A stretch of 32,984 bases of DNA from Nitrosopumilaceae archaeon (GTDB taxonomy: Archaea; Thermoproteota; Nitrososphaeria; Nitrososphaerales; Nitrosopumilaceae). The stretch lies in contig JBQTHX010000059.1 in the NCBI GenBank assembly GCA_052389415.1, forward strand, positions 1 through 32,984, written 5' to 3'. The notes under the pieces are model-generated. The model was not told the origin of the DNA and searched no databases. It was given only the letters and a program-made list of their open reading frames with translations. The translations under genes were made by a program, and so were the position numbers. Shown one piece after another: positions 1 through 8,586 of the stretch (position 1 is its first letter; the number at the start of each line of letters is the position of its first letter).

Positions 1-841
1 CTTCATCAGATGAATTTGGAACACAAGCAAGTTCTCTGTCAGCCAAAGATATTCTATATTTTCCAAGCGACTGTTCAGAAACTCTGAGGTAGTCACTGCA
101 TATTTGGTGACCAAAACCTCTTGAACCGCAGTGAATTAAGACGGTCACTTGTCCTTCATTGTATATTCCCATTCGTTTTGCAGCTTCTTTATCATGAATC
201 TCTGCTACTTTTTGCACCTCAAGAAAGTGGTTCCCTGAGCCAAGACTGCCAAGTTGTGGTGCACCACGTTTTCTTGCCGTTGCAGATACTTTGTTAGGAT
301 CAGCATTTTTCATTTGACCGTTTTCTTCACACACATCTGCGTCGTCGTTTGTTCCGTATCCATTGTCAACTGCCCATTTTACTCCTTTTACTAGAACTTC
401 ATCAAGTTGTGAGAAACTTAGTTTAACTGCTCCTTTTGAACCAACGCCAGATGGAATGGAATTGAAAAGCTCGGTTACTAGATTTTTTAATTGTGGTCTA
501 ACTTCATTTTCGGTAAGATTGGTTCGAATCAATCTAACACCACAGTTAATGTCGTAACCTACACCTCCTGGACTTATCATTCCATCTTCTGCATCCATGG
601 CAGCAACTCCACCTACAGGAAATCCATATCCTTCATGTCCATCAGGCAAGACTACAACATGTTTTTGAACTCCAGGCAGAGTTGATACGTTGATAGCTTG
701 AGTAATGGTTCTGTCTGTCAACATTTTTTGTAACAGTCCTTCATCTGCATAGATTGTAACAGGAACTTTCATTCCACGGTTTGGATCAACATCAATTTGA
801 TAATGCATGTTCCCAATTTTTTTTGGAATTAATGATGACAT
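1..841 (-). CDS. rtcB: tRNA-splicing ligase RtcB, 5' part; runs off the left edge
   Basis: Not in the ORF track. Manual translation from ATG at 841 gives MSSLIPKKIG...LPDGHEGYGFPVGGVAAMD...ISPGGVGYDINCGVRL...QLGSLGSGNHFLE...IHCGSRGFGHQIC, all RtcB signature motifs. Confidence 0.96.
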   Translation of the reverse strand, partial: MSSLIPKKIGNMHYQIDVDPNRGMKVPVTIYADEGLLQKMLTDRTITQAINVSTLPGVQKHVVVLPDGHEGYGFPVGGVAAMDAEDGMISPGGVGYDINCGVRLIRTNLTENEVRPQLKNLVTELFNSIPSGVGSKGAVKLSFSQLDEVLVKGVKWAVDNGYGTNDDADVCEENGQMKNADPNKVSATARKRGAPQLGSLGSGNHFLEVQKVAEIHDKEAAKRMGIYNEGQVTVLIHCGSRGFGHQICSDYLRVSEQSLGKYRISLADRELACVPNSSDE

Positions 842-921
842 GTAGATCAGTGAACAAAGGTTGCTTTTGCACAATTTAAATCATAAGTAGGTTTATTTTC
901 CTAATTCAGTTCAAATTCATT

Positions 922-2283
922 ATGCCCATTTTACCAATCGATGGTGGACGGTATGGTACCAAGGAAATGCGTGAAATTTTTGATGAACAAAAAAAGATCC
1001 AATATCAACTTGAGATAGAGGCTTCAGCAGCAGAATCTCAGTCTGAGATATCTATGATTCCAAAGGCAGCTGCCCAAAACATAGCCAAAATGGCAAGATC
1101 TGGAAAGATCACAGTGAAACGAGTAAAGCAACTAGAAGCAAAAAGTGACCACGACACGGCAGCCTTGGTTGAAGCATTAAGCGAAATTTGCACTATTGCC
1201 GCAAAACCTTGGATACATTATGGATTGACAAGTAATGATTTGGTTGATACAAGTACTTCAATGCAGATTAGAGATGCACTTGCTATTATAGAACCAAAGG
1301 TAGCAAGATTATCAATTATTTTAGCAAAGCTTGCAATGAAATTCAAAGACTTTCCAGCAGTGGGAAGAACACACGGACAACATGCAAGTATCATAGCATT
1401 TGGTTTAAAATTTGCAAATTGGGCACTGGAAATGTCAAAACACATAGAAAGAATCGAACAGTGCAAAAAGAGAATTTTGATCTGCAAAACACTTGGTGTT
1501 GTTGGAACGGGTTCCCTTATGGGCTCAAAGGCATTAGATGTTCAAAAAAGAGTAGCAAAGAAACTTTCTCTTTACTCTGCAGATGTTACTACTCAGATCG
1601 TTCCAAGGGAAGGATATGCAGAATATGTATTTTGTATTGCATTAATTGGAGCTACATTAGAGAAAATGGCAGTAGAGATTAGAAATCTTCAGAGAACAGA
1701 GATCGGTGAGGTTGCAGAGCCATTCAAAAAAGGCCAGATGGGAAGTAGTGCTGTTCCTGTAAAGCGAAATCCTGTAAAAAGCGAACGGGTAACTTCGCTT
1801 TCTAAGATGCTGCGCAGTCAGATCAATGTATCATTTGAAAATATACCATTATGGCATGAGAGGGATTTATCAAATTCAGCAAATGAGAGATTTACTCTGC
1901 CCACAAGTTCCATCTTGTTGGACGAAATGTTAGAAGCAATGACCAAGATTCTTTCTGACCTTTATGTGAATAAGGAAAAAATAAAGAAAAATCTAGGCGT
2001 AACAAAAGGTCAAATTTTTGCTGAGTTTGTCCTTGATGCCCTAATCAAAAAAGGAGTTCCACGTTTCAAAGCATATCGAGACATACAGAGAGTAGCTTTT
2101 GCGGCTTCTGATGGAGAGATTGAATTTTTACAAGCTGTAAAAAACGACAAAGCGATATCTACGCATCTAACTAAAAAAGAAATAGAAAGTATTTTTGTGG
2201 CAGAAAATCAGCTTGGAGCATCTGGCATAATAATCAAAAATGTCTTCAACAAAGTAAAAAAAACGTGTTCTAAATTTACTTGA
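922..2283 (+). CDS. purB: Adenylosuccinate lyase
   Basis: 453 aa with HYGLTSND, GRTHGQHA, fumarate-lyase signature GSSAVPVKRNP and HERDLSNS. Confidence 0.96.
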   Translation: MPILPIDGGRYGTKEMREIFDEQKKIQYQLEIEASAAESQSEISMIPKAAAQNIAKMARSGKITVKRVKQLEAKSDHDTAALVEALSEICTIAAKPWIHYGLTSNDLVDTSTSMQIRDALAIIEPKVARLSIILAKLAMKFKDFPAVGRTHGQHASIIAFGLKFANWALEMSKHIERIEQCKKRILICKTLGVVGTGSLMGSKALDVQKRVAKKLSLYSADVTTQIVPREGYAEYVFCIALIGATLEKMAVEIRNLQRTEIGEVAEPFKKGQMGSSAVPVKRNPVKSERVTSLSKMLRSQINVSFENIPLWHERDLSNSANERFTLPTSSILLDEMLEAMTKILSDLYVNKEKIKKNLGVTKGQIFAEFVLDALIKKGVPRFKAYRDIQRVAFAASDGEIEFLQAVKNDKAISTHLTKKEIESIFVAENQLGASGIIIKNVFNKVKKTCSKFT

Positions 2284-3025
2284 TTTTCATCAAGGCTTTG
2301 TGAATAAGAGAACCATATTGAAGAGCTTTTTTAGGTTTAAATGCCGCTTCTTTTGGAACTCCAATCTTTAAGGCAAGGTCTCTAACAATATGTTTGCGGA
2401 GTAGATCATCAGGTCCGTGGATTTTTTCTTTGATTGGAATTTTCTTTGCAAAGGTAACAAATTCCTTTGAAAGAAATGGTTGCAGAATCTTGACACCAAA
2501 TTCAGAAGAGATTTTGTTAACTGCTTTCATCATGTTAAGTTCATTTTCAATTTTTGATTCCATTATATTCATAATGCCATCTTTACCATCTTTTACTGCA
2601 TCTCTATATGCATTATAGCCACAAAAAAGCTCATCAATCCCATTTGCTGTGAGGACTGTATCAATATTGTTCCGCTCTGCAAGTTTTGATACAAAATAAA
2701 ACGCTATGCAATTTTCATTCCATGAGAGATTATCTGTTTTTATTGTTTTTCTAATCTGTTCAACTATCTTAGGAAATGTTTTTGGTGAGATTTTTTCAAT
2801 TTTATGTTCATAACCAAAGAGACTGGATATTTCCTTGGAAAATTGTATGTCATGTGAACCTGCAAATCCAATTGTCAACAGTGTGACGTCATATCCAAGA
2901 TCAGTGCAAAGTTTAGCTAAAAGCGAACTATCAACTCCTCCCGAAAACGCAATTCCTATTCTCTTCTTAGTTATTTGCTGAATAGATTCATTCATCTTTT
3001 CATGCAGTATATCAAGATCAGTCAT
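2276..3025 (-). CDS. Asparagine synthase C-terminal-domain protein (PP-loop ATP pyrophosphatase) without a glutaminase domain
   Basis: AFSGGVDSS PP-loop, NGIDELFCGY, QPFL and KKALQYGS motifs; only 249 aa. Confidence 0.85.
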   Translation of the reverse strand: MTDLDILHEKMNESIQQITKKRIGIAFSGGVDSSLLAKLCTDLGYDVTLLTIGFAGSHDIQFSKEISSLFGYEHKIEKISPKTFPKIVEQIRKTIKTDNLSWNENCIAFYFVSKLAERNNIDTVLTANGIDELFCGYNAYRDAVKDGKDGIMNIMESKIENELNMMKAVNKISSEFGVKILQPFLSKEFVTFAKKIPIKEKIHGPDDLLRKHIVRDLALKIGVPKEAAFKPKKALQYGSLIHKALMKIK

Positions 3026-3075
3026 TTCTTTAGATTGTAAAAATCCGCCCTAAGTTAGTTGTTATGTTTTGATAG

Positions 3076-3082
3076 TTAAATA
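3076..3082 (+). promoter_or_regulatory. Archaeal TATA box (TTAAATA), probably for a leaderless mRNA
   Basis: TTAAATA ends ~21 nt upstream of the ATG at 3104; no Shine-Dalgarno sequence. Confidence 0.55.
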
Positions 3083-3103
3083 CTGGAATCGATAAAAACA
3101 TTC

Positions 3104-3388
3104 ATGGGTTTGAACAAACTATCAGACGAGCAAATCAAAAAGGAATTGACAAATTTGCCAGGATGGAGTACAGTCAACGGAAAACTACACAAGGATTTTG
3201 TCTTCAAGGATTTTATCCAAGCATTTGGGTTCATGAGCACCGCAGCATTACATATTGAAAAGATGAATCACCATCCAGAGTGGTTTAATGTATACAATAA
3301 GATCAAAGTTGATTTAACAACTCACGATGCAGGAGGAATAACTCAAAACGATATCAATCTTGCAAGAATTCTAAACTCACTGGAATAA
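3104..3388 (+). CDS. phhB: Pterin-4-alpha-carbinolamine dehydratase
   Basis: 94 aa with the signature [29 protein letters not shown]. Confidence 0.93.
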   Translation: MGLNKLSDEQIKKELTNLPGWSTVNGKLHKDFVFKDFIQAFGFMSTAALHIEKMNHHPEWFNVYNKIKVDLTTHDAGGITQNDINLARILNSLE

Positions 3389-3460
3389 ACCAAGGAAAGT
3401 TCATCCATTTGATTTTCGCTATACAGAATTTATATACAGAAGAATATCAAAAATTTTCAA

Positions 3461-4282
3461 ATGACAAGCGAGTCAGCAATTTTGGATTCAGATTTTAGAT
3501 ATATAGACAAAAAGGGCAATCTCATGAAAACAAGAACTGAGCTTTCCATAGCGGAAATGCTCTCATTTTTAGACATAAAATACGAATACAATCACAAGTT
3601 AACTCTCAAAGATGGGAAAAATGTCATCGTAGATTTTAAAACAGAAAAAGGTCTAATAGAAATAATAGATAGCGAAAAAGACATCACAAAATACAAGGAG
3701 ATAAAACGCGAATATCCTGAAACAAAAATAATTGCGGTTGGTCATCCAAAATTTGCTGCACAGATAAAAGAATTAGAAGACATTGTGCTTTACAAGACAA
3801 GAGATGTTCAAACAGGTTCTATCTTCATGGAAGATCCATCATTTGCGTTTGATTATGCCCACATTCTTCCACTAGTAGAAAAGTGTTCGATACTTCATGG
3901 TCACACATCATCTGTAATGGTTGAGCTTGTTGGGGAAATGAAAAATAATCTGTTGATAGACTTTAGCGAAGCAAAAAAAATCATCAAGGAAGTTATCAGT
4001 ATTTTAGATCACAAGTTTTTCATCAATAGAAAATATCTAACCAAGGAAGATAATTTACATTACAAGATTGCATTTGATGGTCCAAAAGGCTTGTTTGATT
4101 TGCAGGTTCCAAAAAATACGACCTATCTTCTTGAAGGCGAAGCTACAGTAGAAAACCTCTCTACAGAAATCATAAAGCTCCTTGTTCCAAAAATGCCAGA
4201 AAACATAGAGGCAGTAGGAGTTTACATTTACGAAGGATACAACAAAGGAGCCCACATTATATCACATATCTCCAAGTCTTAA
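3461..4282 (+). CDS. queD: QueD/6-pyruvoyl-tetrahydropterin synthase family protein with an extra ~120-aa N-terminal domain
   Basis: C-terminal half has FDYAH, CxxxHGH (CSILHGH), LIDF, LDHKF and ATVENL. TTTATATA box at ~3429-3436. Confidence 0.8.
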   Translation: MTSESAILDSDFRYIDKKGNLMKTRTELSIAEMLSFLDIKYEYNHKLTLKDGKNVIVDFKTEKGLIEIIDSEKDITKYKEIKREYPETKIIAVGHPKFAAQIKELEDIVLYKTRDVQTGSIFMEDPSFAFDYAHILPLVEKCSILHGHTSSVMVELVGEMKNNLLIDFSEAKKIIKEVISILDHKFFINRKYLTKEDNLHYKIAFDGPKGLFDLQVPKNTTYLLEGEATVENLSTEIIKLLVPKMPENIEAVGVYIYEGYNKGAHIISHISKS

Positions 4283-4285
4283 GGC

Positions 4286-6601
4286 ATGGAATCTAAGATT
4301 AAAGAGACTGCATGGAATCCAGAATTAGAAAAACAGATTCTAAAGCAATGGAATGATTCTCACATTTATGATTTCAAACCTGAAGGCGACGTTTTTGTAA
4401 TAGATACCCCGCCACCTTACCCGTCTGGAAGACCTTGGCACATAGGCGCTGCAGCACATTACGCACAGATAGACATGATTGCTAGAACAGCAAGAATGTC
4501 TGGCAAAAATGTTCTTTTTCCAATAGGGATAGACAGAAACGGTTTGCCTGTTGAGATGTACACAGAAAAAAAATACAACATAAGAATGCGCGAAACAGAT
4601 CGTGGAGAATTCCTAAAGCTTTGTGCAACTGCCTTAGATGATCTAGAAGCAGAAATGATTGAAATAATGAAAAATCTAGGTCTTAGTGGGAATTTTTCAG
4701 AATATTACAGAACAGATTCTGAAGAATACAGGACATTAACACAATCAACATTTATCGAGCTTTGGAAAAAAGGCTTGGTGTATCTTGCAAATATACCTAA
4801 CAACTACGACTGGGTTACTGGCACCACAATTGCAGATGCAGAAATAACATACCAAGAGATTCCTACAAAATTAGTGCATATGAAATTCAAAATAAAAGAC
4901 TCTGAAAAATCTTTGATTGTTGCAAGTACTAGACCAGAACTTTTGTGTGCATGTCAGACTGTAATTGTAAATCCTGATGATCAAAGATATACAGATTGGG
5001 TTGGAAAGAAAATAACAATTCCAATAGTCAATCGAGAAGTGGAAATTTTAACACATCCATCTGTAGAAAAAGAATTTGGATCGGGTGTTGTCATGGTATG
5101 CAGTTATGGTGACCAGAATGATGTTGCGTTATTTAGGGAACTAAAATTACAGGAAATTGTAGCCATTGGAAAAGATGGTCGGATGACCGATGTTGCTGGT
5201 GTGTATACAGGTCTAAAGGTCAGACAGGCAAGAGAAAAGATAATCGAGGATTTGCAAAATCAGGGATTTGTCGAAAAAATAGAAAACATCAATCATCGTA
5301 CGCCTGTCTCTGAGAGAAGCAAGACTCCAATTGAGATAATACCAATGGAAGAATACTATGTAAAGCAAAAAGATTCTGTAGAGAAAATAAGAGATCTTGG
5401 CTCAAAGATTAATTTCCACCCTCCCATGCACAAACAGATTCTAATGAACTGGTTGGACTCTATTTCAATTGACTGGCCCATATCAAGAAGACGATTCTAT
5501 GGAACAGAGATACCAATATGGCACTGCAAAAAATGCTCCGAGCCACACGTTCCAGAACCTGGTAAATACTACAGACCATGGAGAGACAACAGCCCAATTA
5601 CAAAGTGTACAAAATGTGGTTCAAATGAATTTGTTGGTGAAGAAAGAACTTTTGATACTTGGATGGACTCGAGTGTTTCACCACTTTTTGTTACAAAATA
5701 TAAACGAGATAATGAATTTTTTATAAAGACATATCCTACAACGTTAAGACCGCAATCAAAGGATATCGTAAGAACTTGGTTATACTATACTCTTTTGAGA
5801 TGTGAACAGCTAACTGGCAGTGCACCATGGTCTGAAGCATGGATAATGGGTTATGGAGTTGACGAACATGGCACAAAGATGAGCAAGAGTAAAGGAAATG
5901 TAATAGATCCCTTGCCAGTCATACAGAAATTCGGTGCTGATACTTTTAGATTCTGGAGTGCAAGTGAGATCAATTTAGGATATGACTTTAGATGCTCAGA
6001 ACAAAAAATTGAATCAACTAAAAAGTTTCTTAGCAAACTTTGGAATGTTTCAAGATTTCTTTCTGGTTTTCCAGTTTTAAGTACTAGAAAACTAGATCCC
6101 GCTGACAAGTGGATTCTTTCAGAGCTCGACAAAGTGGTAGAAGAGTGCATAAAGGGATATAACGAATACAATTTTTTCATTCCTGCCACTGCTCTCAGAG
6201 AGTTTACTTGGAATCTCTTTGCTGCACATTATATTGAGATGATAAAGGGTCGCTCTTATGGAACAGGGTTTTCAGAAGAAGAACGAGATGGTGCCATATA
6301 CACTCTCCACAAGGTTCTTTCTACAGTTTTGCTTTTGCTTGCTCCAATAACTCCCTTTATTACAGATTATCTGTGGCAGAATCTCTATTCAGATAAAAGC
6401 ATCCATAAAGAAAGACTGCCAACGAAGGAAAATTACCAAGACTGGACAGAATTTACAAAGAACATAGTGGAATTCAATTCTAATGTCTGGAACAAGAAAA
6501 AAGAATTAGGGTTGTCACTAAAAGATTCGATTGATTTTGAAATACCTTCAACTCTTTCACAGTTTGCGAATGATCTCAAAGCTATGCACAACCTAAAATA
6601 G
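4286..6601 (+). CDS. valS: Valine--tRNA ligase (short archaeal type)
   Basis: IDTPPPYPSG, HIGA (HIGH variant), STRPELL, GSGVVMVCSYGD, DWPISRRR, DTWMDSS and KMSKS. Confidence 0.95.
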   Translation: MESKIKETAWNPELEKQILKQWNDSHIYDFKPEGDVFVIDTPPPYPSGRPWHIGAAAHYAQIDMIARTARMSGKNVLFPIGIDRNGLPVEMYTEKKYNIRMRETDRGEFLKLCATALDDLEAEMIEIMKNLGLSGNFSEYYRTDSEEYRTLTQSTFIELWKKGLVYLANIPNNYDWVTGTTIADAEITYQEIPTKLVHMKFKIKDSEKSLIVASTRPELLCACQTVIVNPDDQRYTDWVGKKITIPIVNREVEILTHPSVEKEFGSGVVMVCSYGDQNDVALFRELKLQEIVAIGKDGRMTDVAGVYTGLKVRQAREKIIEDLQNQGFVEKIENINHRTPVSERSKTPIEIIPMEEYYVKQKDSVEKIRDLGSKINFHPPMHKQILMNWLDSISIDWPISRRRFYGTEIPIWHCKKCSEPHVPEPGKYYRPWRDNSPITKCTKCGSNEFVGEERTFDTWMDSSVSPLFVTKYKRDNEFFIKTYPTTLRPQSKDIVRTWLYYTLLRCEQLTGSAPWSEAWIMGYGVDEHGTKMSKSKGNVIDPLPVIQKFGADTFRFWSASEINLGYDFRCSEQKIESTKKFLSKLWNVSRFLSGFPVLSTRKLDPADKWILSELDKVVEECIKGYNEYNFFIPATALREFTWNLFAAHYIEMIKGRSYGTGFSEEERDGAIYTLHKVLSTVLLLLAPITPFITDYLWQNLYSDKSIHKERLPTKENYQDWTEFTKNIVEFNSNVWNKKKELGLSLKDSIDFEIPSTLSQFANDLKAMHNLK

Positions 6602-6623
6602 TTATTTTACATTCATCTAATCA

Positions 6624-7616
6624 TTGAAAGCTGTTGTCATCAGGAAACATGGTGGATCTGAAGTTCTGTCATATGAAACCATTCCAGATCTAAAATCAAA
6701 AAAAGATCATGTGATTGTAAAAGTGAATCACTGCGCAGTAAATCACTTGGACATTTGGGTTAGAAATGGTCTGCCAGGTAGAAAAGTTTTTTTTCCCCAC
6801 GTCTTGGGCTGTGATGTTTGCGGTACTTTGACTAGTGGTTTTGGAAATTTCAAAAAAGATGACAAAATTGTCATATATCCTGCAATAAAAAGCAAAACTC
6901 CAAGAGTTTCATTTGCAATCATAGGAGGTTTTGGAGAGTACAAAGGAGGATATGCAGAATTTATTCAAGTTCCACAAAAAAACATTATCAAAAAACCAGA
7001 TTGGTTCTCTGATGCAGAAGCTTCTGCACTTAATGTATCCTATCTTACTGCTTGGAATATGTTAGAAAGATCTGAATGTAAGAAAGGCAATACAATCCTA
7101 ATTTGGGGTGCAAACAGCGGAGTAGGCTCTGCAGCTATAATTTTAGCCAAGGAAAAAGGAATCAGAGTAATTACTGTAGTTTCGGATTCAAAGAAAGCTA
7201 GTTTGGCAAAAAAATTAGGTGCTGATTTCATCATAAATAGGAACAAATCAGATGTTAATACTGAAGTTCTCAAATTTACCAAGAATCGTGGAGTGGATGC
7301 AGTAATAGACCATGTAGGAGCAAAGACTTGGCCTATCAGCATCGAGGCTCTCAAAGTAGGGGGAAGAATGATTGCATGTGGTACCACTACAGGAACAGAA
7401 GCTATAGTGAATATACGTGCCTTGTATAGTAAGGAGGCGCAGATTATTGGAACCTATCTTGGCTCAAAATCACAGCTTGTCTCACTTTATAGATTTATGA
7501 AACTAAAAAAGCTAAAGCCAATAATCGATAGCATATTTGATTTAAAAGATGTAAAAAAAGCACATAAGAGAATGGAATCAAGCAATCAATTTGGCAAGAT
7601 TGTTTTAAAAATCTAG
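6624..7616 (+). CDS. Medium-chain dehydrogenase/reductase (quinone oxidoreductase-like)
   Basis: TTG start; VNHLD, HVLGCD, GANSGVG nucleotide-binding loop, GVDAVIDHVG and FGKIVL. Confidence 0.88.
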   Translation: MKAVVIRKHGGSEVLSYETIPDLKSKKDHVIVKVNHCAVNHLDIWVRNGLPGRKVFFPHVLGCDVCGTLTSGFGNFKKDDKIVIYPAIKSKTPRVSFAIIGGFGEYKGGYAEFIQVPQKNIIKKPDWFSDAEASALNVSYLTAWNMLERSECKKGNTILIWGANSGVGSAAIILAKEKGIRVITVVSDSKKASLAKKLGADFIINRNKSDVNTEVLKFTKNRGVDAVIDHVGAKTWPISIEALKVGGRMIACGTTTGTEAIVNIRALYSKEAQIIGTYLGSKSQLVSLYRFMKLKKLKPIIDSIFDLKDVKKAHKRMESSNQFGKIVLKI

Positions 7617-7849
7617 TTTACAAAGTGACTGCAGTCACAATTTAGTATAAGACATGTTTCTTTAGCTCTTACGTGTTCATCCATTGAATGTTTACATTTA
7701 ATGTTTTTGCAGATCCTCCGTAATAGTTCTCTTTGCACTATTGTTTGAGCAATTTCATTGGCGCTTTCTTTGGAATAACTTTTTTTGTCTATGTAATAGT
7801 GAACAATTCTGTTGTATAGGGCATTTGGATCAAATTTTTGTCCCAACAT
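7613..7849 (-). CDS. Small hypothetical protein with a Cys/His-rich C-terminus (possible zinc finger)
   Basis: Start moved to ATG 7849 (MLGQKFDP) to avoid overlapping the upstream gene; CKNIKCKH..EH..CLILNCDC. Confidence 0.65.
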   Translation of the reverse strand: MLGQKFDPNALYNRIVHYYIDKKSYSKESANEIAQTIVQRELLRRICKNIKCKHSMDEHVRAKETCLILNCDCSHFVN

Positions 7850-7871
7850 ATTAATCACAAAAAGAGGGAAT

Positions 7872-8471
7872 CTATGTTGCCGGCATAGATCCCGATTCAA
7901 GATCTGTGATTTTCTTTGTAATCTTGTAGTCTTCGTGCAGTACCATTCCGCTAAACAGTCCCATTATTGATCCATAAAGTATATGCAGCATTAGTGATCC
8001 CCACATTATCAAATTGATATTTTGTTTTAGCATAGTTGCAGCCATTCTTTCTTGAGCAGTTACGATGGACTGACTTCCATCAATTATAGTCGAGTCGATT
8101 GTTGGTATCATAAGATATAGTGTGATTGGCATGAAAAATATCACATATACTTCAAGACCAGTGACAGCACCAGCAAAGATACTTTTCCAAATGCTTGTTA
8201 GATTAAGCACTCTGTGTAGTGTTGAACAGACACAAAAGACAGCACCAATGGTTGCGGCAGTGAGCATATGAGCCATAAATCCAAAAACAATCGCGGGCAT
8301 GCCATCCAATCCAACTGCAATTCCCAACATCTGATAGAATGTTCCCGGTGCTACGTTTAGTTGTGAGTCTATTCCAAACAGCGATACAAAGAGAGCAAAT
8401 CCTCCAACAAGACCTGCTACAGTTCCGACTTTTGCTTTTCCATAAATTTCCTTACGAGAAGGCAACCTCAT
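7872..8471 (-). CDS. Integral membrane protein, ~4 TM helices
   Basis: 199 aa with four long hydrophobic Gly-rich segments and intramembrane His (AHML, LHIL). Confidence 0.8.
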   Translation of the reverse strand: MRLPSRKEIYGKAKVGTVAGLVGGFALFVSLFGIDSQLNVAPGTFYQMLGIAVGLDGMPAIVFGFMAHMLTAATIGAVFCVCSTLHRVLNLTSIWKSIFAGAVTGLEVYVIFFMPITLYLMIPTIDSTIIDGSQSIVTAQERMAATMLKQNINLIMWGSLMLHILYGSIMGLFSGMVLHEDYKITKKITDLESGSMPAT

Positions 8472-8586
8472 GTATTTTAATAGACTCCAAAATATTTTAA
8501 TCTAGTGGGTCATTTTGTGTTCTGATTATAAGAAAAAAGAAAATTAATATAATATTAAGTTAATCAACACGATTTTTTTGTAATAA

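Noticed and set aside
363-685. Two 64-aa plus-strand ORFs
   Set aside because: They are antisense shadows of rtcB, which the track missed because its stop lies outside the window.
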